A DNA stretch of 64,000 nt, from positions 62,001 to 126,000 of the forward strand of contig LSRY02000023.1 in assembly GCA_001643675.2 (NCBI GenBank), given 5' to 3'. This document shows, piece after piece, positions 44,276 through 55,900 of this stretch (its first letter is position 1; each line of letters begins with the position of its first letter). This DNA comes from Monocercomonoides exilis PA203 (lineage: Eukaryota > Protista > Preaxostyla). Made by a program: the position numbers and the translations under genes. The notes under the pieces were generated by a model. It was not told where the DNA came from. It made no database searches and saw nothing but the letters and a program-made list of their open reading frames with translations.

Positions 44276-44638
44276 ATATATCAGAATAAAAATTCACGCA
44301 AATTCATATTTATTCTGAAAATCGTGTTTAAAACAAAAACAGTGAAAAGAGAAAAAAAATTAAAAATTAAATTGAATAAGTTCAAAACAAACAATAATAA
44401 TAATATAGGATAGTCGAATTGTGATGTTGTGGCTTTAAACGCTGGAACAAAATATTTACTGGGCAACCATCATGTCTTTGATCTGTGTGCTAAATTAAAA
44501 AAAATAATTACAATTACAATGAACATAAATTCTTCTAAAAATTTCCAATCAAAAGGTTGTTAATAATAATGAAAAAATAGTTTATTTTTTATTTTTTGTT
44601 TCAAACCTTTGTTAAGCTCGAAAAAAGATTCAGAAAGT

Positions 44639-47172
44639 GGCAAGTTCCAAGTATATGGACCATCGATAAAAAATATTTCTTTCATCGTACACGAAAGAAA
44701 ATGCTTCAATAATAAATCTAAAATTTGCTATTTCTGTCGAAAATGCTTTGTTATAATCTATCTATTTCTTATTTTGATCTATCCCATAAGTATTTACAAA
44801 CCATCTATGCTTTTTATTCTTTGATTTTTTTTAAACCTGCACATTTTATATTTTCACATGATAATTTTTGTCGTTGCAATATTTTGAGAAATACAAATAA
44901 GTAACTTTTTCACATTTTGCAATATTTTTTCGAAAGATAGTTGCACAATTGAGTTTTCTCTTTCGCACAGGTAACTTCGAGCACAAAGGAATGCTCCAAC
45001 TTCAAAAATTAGTAAAAAATTATAAATCGCAAAAAGCGCACAGTTTTGTGTTAATTGAATTATTGATTGAAATGAAAAAGGCAACATCAATATTAACATT
45101 GTATTCTTTGATGATATCGAAGCTCAGTTTTATTTTGTGGCCAAAATTTTTCACAAAATTACATCCATGAAATTGTTGAATAACTTATTTATTATTTTAA
45201 TTGCGAATACCTAAAAAATATAAAAAAAAAGAAAGAGATTTATTAACAGCTGTTTTTCTGCTGAACGCCTCTTCATTCTGCAGCTTTATCAGCTAAGCAT
45301 CAAATCTGTGCTTTATGATGTTCCCTCTTTGGAGCAGCTTCGAAATCGATGTTGTTGGATGCACCTTACAAATACTTGACACAGAGGGATGCTAAAAGGG
45401 AGGATCGATGTCTTTTGAGAAGAAAGCAGAAGTTGGACAGCTGAAGATGAGGAATGAAGGAGCAACGAACAGTATCTGCGGAAGCTCTGAATGATGCGAT
45501 GGAGAAATTAATTGGATGTGTGTTTCTGACAATAATTATAGACATTCATTGAAAGAAAAAAGTGTTTTGGCAAACAAAGAATACAAAAGAAGAAAAATGT
45601 TTATTTCAGCGAATGATCTGCGATATGGTGTGAATTTTGAATTGTTTGCGTTTGTTTGACTTTCAAAGGAAAAGGAGGGTTTTTGCATCAAAGCAATCGC
45701 AATTCGATAGATGCATTTTCTTTGACTGATTTGGTGTATTCTGACAATGAAGTATATGATGGATACAACATGTTTATACCGAGCTCTGATTTGAATGACT
45801 CTGTTGTCATTGAAAGGTTAACGTTTGATTGGACTGAATGGAAAAGTCCAAATGCTTTCTTTGGGGCAGACGAAGAAAACGAGGGGTCAATTGATTTGGT
45901 GCCATTTATTGTGTTTAAAAAGTCAGAGCGGATATTTGTGTCTGGAGAGAAAGGGAAGAACGAGAAGGACTGCGAGAGAATGGAAGATACGTGATAGACA
46001 CTTAGTGAAGCTGCACAGCATCTGAACAAAAAATCACCTAAAGAAGTGTTTGTGATGGGAAAAGTCATTGTTTCAGTTGAAACAATCATTCATTCTGTGA
46101 CAGTTCAGGCTGTTGGAAACACACAGACTGAGGTTTTATTTGCTCGGAAATCACAAAATCAAATGAAAAATCGAATTTTGTTGTTGACTCTTCACTGGAA
46201 GGCCAGTTTTTGAAGATAAACATCATCTTTGGACAGTGTTTTGCTTAATCGCATCGCTCTTTCAAGGCGTGAGAAGAGGAAATATAATGCTGAGTGACTG
46301 CGCAATCACGTAAAAAAAGCCGGTTCATTTGGCAAACACCATTATTTGTGTTGAGAGTCATTGTTTGTGTTTGAGCAATGTTTCGTTCTCGGCCATCCGC
46401 TTGAATGCATCAAGACAGCAGCTATCAGAAGTTGTATTTGGAACAAAGTTATCTGATCAGCCTTCATTTATTCCAAAAGTTGACCATTCATTCATCGAGG
46501 CTTTCTCAGACAGTTCTGTAATGTGGCCGGATGCAAACTTCAAAAAAATCATCACTTCTTATTTTGAAAAAAATTCACTTCAATCTGCCTATATCATCAT
46601 CACACAGTAGTACTTTCTTTTTCAGCCAGAAGAATCGGAATATAACAAGAAAGCATACGAAGCATCTGTGACTTGAACACTTTATTTTCCAGGATTTCTT
46701 AAGTCAAATATTGCAATGCATTCAGTTCAAAATTACCGGTCAACTGTGCAGATATTTCGTTAAACAAGTTTTCTAAAGAAAGCTTTTATATAATGCAATT
46801 AGTGTACTCATTTTTGGCTTCGAAATTTATCAAATTGATTAAAAACATAGAGTTATTGTATAATATTAACAGTTACATTCAAAATTGATGAAGCGACAGT
46901 TAGTGAAACAGCATTAAGCATATAATAATAAACCTATATGATTTTATTCGTGAGTATGAGAAGATAAAGCTCCAAACATTAAATAATGAGACAAAACAAA
47001 ATCAAGAAAGTTTGAAAATTTTTATGGGATAGATAAAAATAAGAAATAGATAGATTATAACAAAGCATTTTCGACAGAAATAGCAAATTTTAGATTTATT
47101 ATTGAAGCATTTTCTTTCGTATACGATGAAAGAAATATTTTTTATCGATGGTCCATATACTTGGAACTTGCC
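44639..47172. mobile_element. Non-autonomous TIR element (2534 bp) with 151-bp TIRs and 8-bp TSD, carrying a receptor-gene fragment (Pack-type, Merlin-like ends)
   Basis: 44639-44789 is the reverse complement of 47022-47172 with ~2 mismatches. Termini are GG...CC. CAGAAAGT is directly repeated at 44631-44638 and 47173-47180. Confidence 0.88.
45250..46610 (+). pseudogene. Decayed internal fragment of a giant receptor-family ectodomain
   Basis: 45656-46025 translates to GKGGFL..NMFIPSSDLNDSV..RLTFD..NAFFGADE..IDLVPFIVFKKSERIFVSGEKGKNEKDC..TLSEAAQHL. This is collinear with the repeat GKGGGVY..NMFFFSSDLNVSI..LAF..NLLVGSD..FDLCRFLIEFASQEIHLS..GWDVLRCG..TMEYGQKHF in copy A. Multiple stops and frameshifts. 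Confidence 0.8.
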
Positions 47173-48278
47173 CAGAAAGTTTCAAAAAAAAAATGGGTTG
47201 AAATTAAATTATAACGTCAAGATTATATATGCACACTAAAGAGATTTTCTAAACTCAAAATTCTCAAAAAAACAATTTCATGATAATAAAAAAATGGCTT
47301 CGGATGTGGAAAATATCACAATACCTTCTTATCAATGTTTCTAACAATAATAATCAAAAAAATAAAAATTCAGATAATTTTTATTTTGGATTGGGAATTA
47401 TTTTAATGAATTAGTTCAGAAAAAACATGAAGCTAACTTTGGGTTTTGTTGAGAACTTGAAGAGTTTCGGTTGGCATTGGAATCAGACTTAAAAATGAAA
47501 ACAATGGACACAAGTTAATCTTTACGAAAAGTCGAAAATGTTGAACATCTGGGTCTTATAAAATCGAACCTAATTTGATCATTTTTTGAAAAAAATCCAT
47601 CAATTTTCTCTTCAATGCACTAACACTAATATCAAAAAGGTTTGAATATTTCGAATTAAAAAGCGCAAAAGTCTGACGGATTTGTTGAATAAATATTTTC
47701 TAACAAGGTTCAATTTTATTTGTCCAAGTTATTTTTCAGTTGCCATTTTTCAAAATGATTTAACCATATAATTGATAGAGTTGCATATGTGCAATGATCT
47801 TCTTCACTCACCAGACCTTTATTTCAAACGGATATTGTCACTAAATGAGGTGCAAAACTCGATAAAAACATTTCCAAATCAGACAACAAAACAAAAATTA
47901 TATGAGGGAAATTGAAACGAATTTTTCGGTTTAAAAAAAAATCAAATTTCATGAACAAAAATAAAACAAAATCTTCCACAAAAATCGACAAATTGTTTTT
48001 AATTTCGGTTCTCACATTTGATAAATAATCAAATTCTTAGGGAAAATATTCAAATACAATTAAACAAAAGTGGTGAATTGATACAAGTGTATTTTGCCTA
48101 GTGAAAATGATGTATAAATTATTATTTCATATTTGAAACGCAACGAGAAATTTTATTTTCAAAAAAAGGCACTGATCCAGGGGAAAAAAAAATGATTTCA
48201 CAAATCATCTGAGTGTTATAATTTGTTGATCCATATTTTCAACTTAACATCTCAAAAGGTTTTCTTGTAACTTTTCGT

Positions 48279-49659
48279 GGTATAAGGGTATTATATGGGA
48301 GTTTTCAAAAGAGCGTAAAACTTCATTTAAACATCTTGTTAACTATTATTATGATAAAAAATATCAATGACAGTTGTCGGAAACTCGTTTTCAGATATAT
48401 CAGTAATTGTTGAAAAAAGGTCGTTTACACATAATAATGGGTTATCAAATTTTTATTTTTTTAAATGGCTGAGCACATTTTTGATATCACAAAAACGAAT
48501 GAGCTTGACGATCTATTCCACGATGAAGATGCAACATGGAGGTGGTTTTTCATGAACATTTTAGGTGGGAGAACAATGCAGTGTCATAAGTGCAGAAGAT
48601 TCATGAAAGTTCAAAAGGGGGAGAAGTTCTATAAATATTGGTACTGTTCCAAATGTGGTAAAAAAAAATCAGTTTTCGATGGAACAGTCTTTTCACAAAA
48701 TAAAATTGGATTAGGGAAAACAATGAGGATTCTTTTGTGGTATTGGGAGGGAATCTCCATAAAGCATATTTCAAGATTTATCGGAATTGACAGAAAGACA
48801 ATTGGATTTTGGGGGAGTGTGGTAAGAGTTGTGGGCATGAATATGTGGAATGAGAGCCAAGTCCAAATAGGAGGTGAGGGAAAGACAGTTGAGATTGATG
48901 AGGCTGTCTGGAGAAGGAGAAAATTCAAGAGAGGAAGGAGAAAAGAACAGATTTGGATTTTTGGTGGGGTGGAGAGATTGGAAGGTGGAGGAGCTGGTCC
49001 AAGATTCGTGATGATTGTGCCCAATTGTCGGTAAGAGACTTTACTGCCAATCATTCTGGAAAGAATACGCCCGGGAACTACTATCATGTCTGACGAGTGG
49101 AAGGCCTATTCCACTTTGAATCTTCACAATTACGTGCACAAAACGGTATGTCACAAACGACATTTTGTGGATCCCGAAAGTGGAGCCTGCACCAATACCA
49201 TTGAGGGATTATGGGGCACTCTCAGAAAATTTTTCCCCAAAATGGAGTAAGGAAATCACTAATTCCCGATCATTTAGCTATGCAAATGGTGAAATCATCG
49301 AAAGATTATGAATTTTCTGATATTTTGATGCACATTTCGAATTATAAACCTGTGGAACCCCATGCGCCTGAACGAGAACCTGACACAGAAGACGAAGACA
49401 CTGATATTCCTGGCATTGATGATATTTTTCATGAAGAATCGAATGACGAAGAATCGTCAGGATTAGCTTCAGAGGATGAAAAAACCTCTGACGATAAACC
49501 TTAATTTTTCACATATTTCTTTTTTTTATTCTTTTTATTTTTTTCGAAAAAACATTTCCGACGCTCAACAATGCACAACACTATCATGAATAATGTCATT
49601 GATTCATAAAAAAGTTGTTTAAACCGAAAATGAAAACTCCCATATCATACCCATATACC
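48279..49659 (+). mobile_element. Merlin (IS1595/IS1016-related) DNA transposon, 1381 bp
   Basis: 29-bp TIRs at 48279-48307 and 49631-49659 (2 mismatches) with GG termini. 8-bp TSD CTTTTCGT at 48271-48278 and 49660-49667. Encloses a DDE transposase. Confidence 0.95.
48465..49504 (+). pseudogene. Merlin DDE transposase, disrupted
   Basis: CHKC..CSKC zinc ribbon, HTH-like segment and VEIDE. After an in-frame TAA (49032-49034) it continues ETLLPIILERIRPGTTIMSDEWKAY..HKTVCH..FVDPESGACTNTIEGLW. A 1-bp frameshift near 49235 leads into the 49211-49504 frame. Confidence 0.9.
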
Positions 49660-49975
49660 CTTTTCGTAACTGCGAGCTTTTTAAAAATATCAGTCAGGAA
49701 AAAAAAAATTGATGTTATTATAATAAAAAAAAGAGTTAAATGATATCTCTGTAATGTCATAGTGTATTAATAATTGGTGTTAATGTAAAACAAAATAAAA
49801 AGCAGATGTATAAATGCATTTCTTTGTTAAAGAAATGAAAATATATACAAAATAGAAAAAGAGTTTTCTTAGTCAGTTAATCCTTTACAGTTCAACATTT
49901 GTAATTGAATTTCTTATTTTTCTTCATTTTTACGAATTTATTCGCTATCCTATTTCAGTTAATTGAAAATGAATT

Positions 49976-52900
49976 TCATTGTGTATTCAAAAGAACATTC
50001 TGACATTTACTTGAGATTTGCAGTTCGTCTTTGTCAATTCTCGCTTTTTCATTTATTGTTTGTATGAAATAAAAGGATTTCGAGAGGTTTTCTCTATTTT
50101 CATCCTCTTTCTCCAAAGATTCATTCAATATTATTGCGTCAGACACAGTGAGAGTAAAAGCTTCTGAAATTCTCTGAGCCAATTCTCTCTTTAAGGCATT
50201 CAGAGATGGTCGGGATGTATCCTGCGCTGAAAAGCATCCTTTCACAACATCGTGAAATATTGATGTTCCAATAACGCACAAGCTTGGCCTCTCTCCAGTC
50301 ACAATCTTCTGTCCAGCAACATCTGCCTCAAACTCTCTAAACGGCACCTCCAGCGTCAGACACTCCCACAACATCATCCCAATCGAAAAAACAACCGACT
50401 CCTTTGTTGCTCCCATCTTCTTGTTCATCTGCAACTCAGGTGCCTTCCATCTCAAGCTTTCTAATTTGTTGTCCTCATCATCCTCAAACGCCGACGAAGG
50501 TGGTGGTGAACCCGTGAACCTCTCACCCACAACAGAAATCGAAGACGAAGAAGAAACAATAGTTGCTGAAGAAATTGACGATGAATCTGAATCATCAGAT
50601 GAAAAGTCTGAGTGGAGAGCAATGCAGATCACCATGTGTTCAGAGAACAACACAATATGCGGACTGAGATTGACAAGAGAAGAAAGAGTATTTTCCATTT
50701 CATCAAACGAGTGAAGTGCCCCATTTACAGTCCATAGCAGGATCTGAGCAGCTGTCTGCTCTCTTTGCTGAAGAGTGCCAATAGCCATTTCTTTCTTCTC
50801 GTTTCTTCCATGCAGCAGCATGAACAGCGAATCCCTCAGATCCACAATCAGCTTCTCGTATGGGCATGAACAGGCCATCGCATCCACCAGATTCGACATC
50901 GACGAGGTGGTGGGGCACAGACTCTCCGATCGAACAAATGTTGTGTCTGTGTCTGAAGTGTCTGTCGTGGAAGTGGATGAAATGGATGGTGATGGTGATC
51001 TCTTTCTTGTCTCTTCTTCCTCAATTTCCTTTTCCTCAACCTTTTCCAGTGCCCATTCTGGGATCTTGTCTGAATCTTTCCCCAGAATGTATTCTGTTGA
51101 TCCACTCTCACTCAACAAATACTCTTCAGACTCCGAATGTGCCATCTTCTTTCCACACATCCTCCTCTTTGCATTCTCCTCGTTCTTCTTCTCTGCCTCT
51201 CTCTCTGCCCTTCTCCATTGCTCCTCTGGCGACATCTCCATCGTCATCATCTCAATCAGCTTCGGATCCTTTTTCACTGTGTCTTCCACAATTATCTCCA
51301 ATTCTTTTGTTCTTCTCTTTTGCTTTCTCCATCGAACAACAAATATTATAAATCCAATCAAAGCAATTACAAACAGCACTGCAAATATCAAAATCACAAC
51401 CAATGCCCATGAAAATTTTCCTTTTTTGTTTCCTTCAGCAATCCTTTCATCTCCTTTTGGTTCAGGTTCAGTTCTGTTTCTCAGAATGAATGAATTTGTT
51501 GAAGATGGAGAATTTGAATTCCCAAATAAAATACAAGCACTCACTTCTATTTCATTTCCACAATTACTGATGAGATCTTTTCCCATACTTCCTTCAATTT
51601 CTCTTTCTGATAAAAACCCATTTTCATCAAATTCATGTTTTTCAATCTCTTTCTCTTCTCCTTTCCTCTTCACAACTGAGAATGATAGATTGCATGGAAT
51701 AAGAAGCAATCCTTTGAATTTCAGTTTCAATCTATCTGTCTCTTTTTTTGCTTCCACACTCTCCAACACTGGAATGAAGAATGATGAATCTCTCTCAGAA
51801 GCAATCCCTTCAAAACTGCACCCATCGTTCAACATCCAAAGTGATGCATTATCTTTCCAACCATCTCCTCCTTTCAAACTCATCACATTCAATGTTCCTG
51901 AATCAGAACAGATCACATTCCTTCTCAGCGATGGATATCCATCAATGGATGGATTGTTATTCAAAAACTCTCCTTTCTCAATAATCACATTTCCTCCACT
52001 CATTGTAATTCCACCTCCAGCTGAATTCGAGATTGTTGTGTCTTTCATCATCACAGAGCTATTCGCTTCATCGACAAGAGATCCATGCCATCTGCATATC
52101 TCTTCTTCTTCTTTATTCAGATATCGTTTGTTTCTTTCTTTTGAACTTCCATCAAACACGCAGATGTCCATTTTCACATCTGAACAATTCTCCAATTTCA
52201 TCAATTTTCCCTTTGTCGTTTTTGAATTTGTGTTGTTCAATGTGCAATTTGTTAATTGCATCGTCTTTTTCATTGATAGGCACGATATCAATAATTCATC
52301 ATTTCCTTCAACTGTAATATTTTCAACAAATAATCTATCCACATTCAACTGTCCACATTCAATAATTTCAATAAGTGAATGAGAAATTGTTAAATTGCAA
52401 ATTGATAATAAATAAATCACTGATAGAAGTTGAGAAGAAAGATACAATGCAGATTCATGAAGAATGAGATTTGACATTGTGCATCCATCAAGTTGTAATT
52501 CTCCTTTTTCCATATTAATGATGTGAAATGGAATGCTTGCAAAAGCAGGATTTCCTTCTTCATTAGATTGTTTTGTTGTGAATGAACAATTCATAATTTC
52601 TAGAATCCCTCCTTCTGGTGATATCAGTGATTCATGTGAAGAGATGAAATCTGAATCGAACACAAAACTCACTCTCACCAATGAGACTGTTCCAGCTGTT
52701 GTCACCAATGCCTCTCTTGTGCTTTCAATTTCAGATTTCACTTCAACTTTGCATATAACTCTGCTCTTCGAACTCACTCTCATCTCATTCAGTTCTATTT
52801 CTCCACCAATCTCGCTTTCTTCAACAATAATCATCACACTCATGAAATCTGAAGTCAGATGCATCAGCCCATGATCAATTGAATAACATGGAAGTGTGTT

Positions 52901-55900
52901 TGTTCCACACTGTTTTTCGTTTGATCCATTCACACTGCTCACAATAATTGTGTCACTCTGATGGATCGTCACAAACTCAATCAGATCCGTATCGATTGGA
53001 TAATCACTTTCATCTCTTCCATATATTGCATTAATTCGCGAATAATGATTCTCTCGAAGATCAAACCGAAATTGGATTTCATTGATTTGAGAAGAAATGT
53101 TGAAGCATTCAATGAAAATGTCATTCCCCACTTTTGCCGTGTTTGCGCTGAATTTCATTCCCACAAATGTGAAATTCAAAACCCCTGTTTCCTTTGTTGC
53201 CAAATACACTCCTCCTCCTTTCCCTGAATTAATACTGCTGCTGCAATGGCTGATTGTTGAGTCAATCATCTTCATTGATCCTGAAGCACCCAATGTGAAG
53301 AATACCGCCCCTCCTTTTTCACTTTCTTCTGCTTTATCTCCTGTGATGTAACTCTCCTTTACAGCTAAATCTATCTTTTTCTCACTCTTTGACTCCAAAA
53401 TGCTTGCTCCATTATCACTTCTCTTCACTCCTGAAATTGATGAATTGTCAATGTTAAGACTCATTTCTTCACCTCCTTCATTTATCTTTGTTGTTAATTC
53501 AGGTCCTTTGATCAGAAGAAGACATCCTCTGCTTTCATTTAATGATTCCATTCGAACATTCAAGAAATGGCAAGTAATTCCAGCATTGTTAATAACAAAA
53601 ATGCTATTACCAACATTGCATGATTCAATCGACAAATCATTCACTTCCACACTTCCTCCAATCGCATCCACAAACACGCAATCAAATCCATTGTTCATTC
53701 CTGCTTCTGAATGGAATGAACATTTGCGTATCGCCAAATCTCCTCCTTTGTTTGAAATAATCGTTTTGGCTGAGTTGTCAAATCCAGATGACAGTTGCAG
53801 TTGGATATTCGTCAATTCAAGATGATCATCATTTTCCATGAAATATTCCAGTTGACTTCCAATTGACTTTTCAAAATTCAATATTGCTTTCGTATTCTCT
53901 TCTCCCATAAATGATGCTTTTTTGATTTGATAATTGGACAGGTCATATGAATCTCGAATGAAAGTTGATCCTTCAATCTGAATTGTTTTATTTCCTATCC
54001 CCTTTTCCATGTTTTCCATCCCTTTCCACATTGTGAAACATGGCTCTTCTTCACTTCCACAACGTGCAGCATCATATCCTTCAGATGAGATAAAAATCTC
54101 AAAAGAGCTGTATGGAATCAAAAACATGAACAAATCCTTTTCATCATGAAAATCATCACTTCCAACAAACAAATTTCCATCATTTGTCATTGAGGAATAA
54201 TCAAACTTGAATGAGTCATTTGTCACAGAACTGTTCAAATCCTTTCCCAAAATGAACACATTCTTTCCAATGGTTGCATTGTTGTTCTCAAAAGTTATTC
54301 CAATATCAAAAAGAAATGGCTTCTCATTCAAACAATTTTGACAATCCAAATACAAGAATCCTCCTTTTCCATTGATTTCTGAAAGTGAACAAGATGATGC
54401 ATTTGTTGATTTGATTACTAAATCTTCGTCATTTTTTAATGTCACTCTTGCAAGACCTCCTTCACCGCTTCCAGTATTCGTAATGTTTGAAAAGTTGTTG
54501 TTTTCGAACAAAACAGAAGAAGATATCATCAATGGAGACTTGGCAAATGAACAATCTGCAAAACTGCATTCCTTCAATGTGCAACTTCCAGTGGTTGTGG
54601 TTATCAACGAATATTGAATAATATCCATTGATGATTGGATCTCAAATGAACAGTTTTTGAGTTGAAGAACTCCACTCGATGAGATCAACTTATTCATATT
54701 TGATATAAACTGACTTGGAATCTGCAGCTTCAAAGATAACAAGATGAGCGAGGAAGTCGATGAAATAACAGAAGACGATTCAGAATTCCCTTTGATTGTC
54801 CCTTCAAAATGAATAGGCCTGTGTTTAATTTCATCTCCTTCATTCACACACCCATCAATCACAAGTGCATCTGAAAATGAATAAATATCTTCAATTGTCC
54901 CTTCATCCCTCACTTTCACTTTCCTTTCTCCTTCTGTTCCATTTCTGTCAATGTGGTCAATTCCACTTTTCATTGATTGGCATGGGAATACTTCACTTCC
55001 ACATCCCAATGTGTCATGCCCATCTGTCGACACAGACACAATCACCCACTTCAAAGAAACAAGAAATATTCGAAGATCCATTTCCCCATAAATCCCATCT
55101 TCTCCAACAAATGCATTCCCATCATCCTTGTATCCTGAGCAATCAAATGCAAAACGCTCTGTATTCACACTGTTCACAAGATTCCCGCACTTCACAAACA
55201 TGTTCTTCCCAACAGTTGCTGAGCATCCAGAAAATTTTATCGATGAAAGCTGAAATTCTCCTTCATGTGAACTGCAATTCAAATATATTCCTCCTCCTTT
55301 TCCTCCCTCACTCATATTCTCGCAAATGCATCCAGTTAATGAACTGTTTTCAAGTGCAACATATCCTCCTTCACTCAACACTATCTTCAGTGCTCCACCT
55401 TCTTTGCTCTTCTCCGATACTGCCCCTTCAATTGTACTTCCATTCATTACCAATCCAACTCCAACACTCTCTCCAAACACGGCTGCCTTTCCATCAACTG
55501 TTGTTGTGCTATCAATCTCCAATCTTTGCAGTGTACAATTTAAAAGTTTCACCTTGTATTCATGATCGTTCATATTTGCTGATGAAAGTGAAAGTGAAAA
55601 CAATGAAACTGTTGATTTCACATCTGAAATTCTTACAGTGTCCAGCTCAACCATCTTCCCTGTTGATTTGATCAAGAAAAATCCTATCGTGTTTTGTTTC
55701 CCTCCAATCACACTCATTGCGCAGTTCTTCATGTGCAGCTCGCCATTTTGAGTGCTTGATTCGATCACTGTTGAGATTGTTCTACTAAAACTCGATGGAA
55801 CAACAATCCCAATGAACTCCATTTCTGTCAGAGATGTAGATTTCAGAACACATTCTCCTTCAGAGCCACTAATATCACTTTGGCATTCAATCTCCACAAT

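Noticed and set aside
49032-49034. In-frame TAA (and TAG at 15951) read as Gln under the TAR=Gln code of some oxymonads
   Set aside because: Three 8-9-kb ORFs contain no in-frame TAR, and CYB5D1 ends at TAA right after its conserved C-terminus, so the standard code fits.
49225-49245. Programmed -1 frameshift at T_TTC_CCC in the transposase
   Set aside because: Poor slippery heptamer, no evident stimulator, and the gene already has an upstream stop. A homopolymer deletion is simpler.
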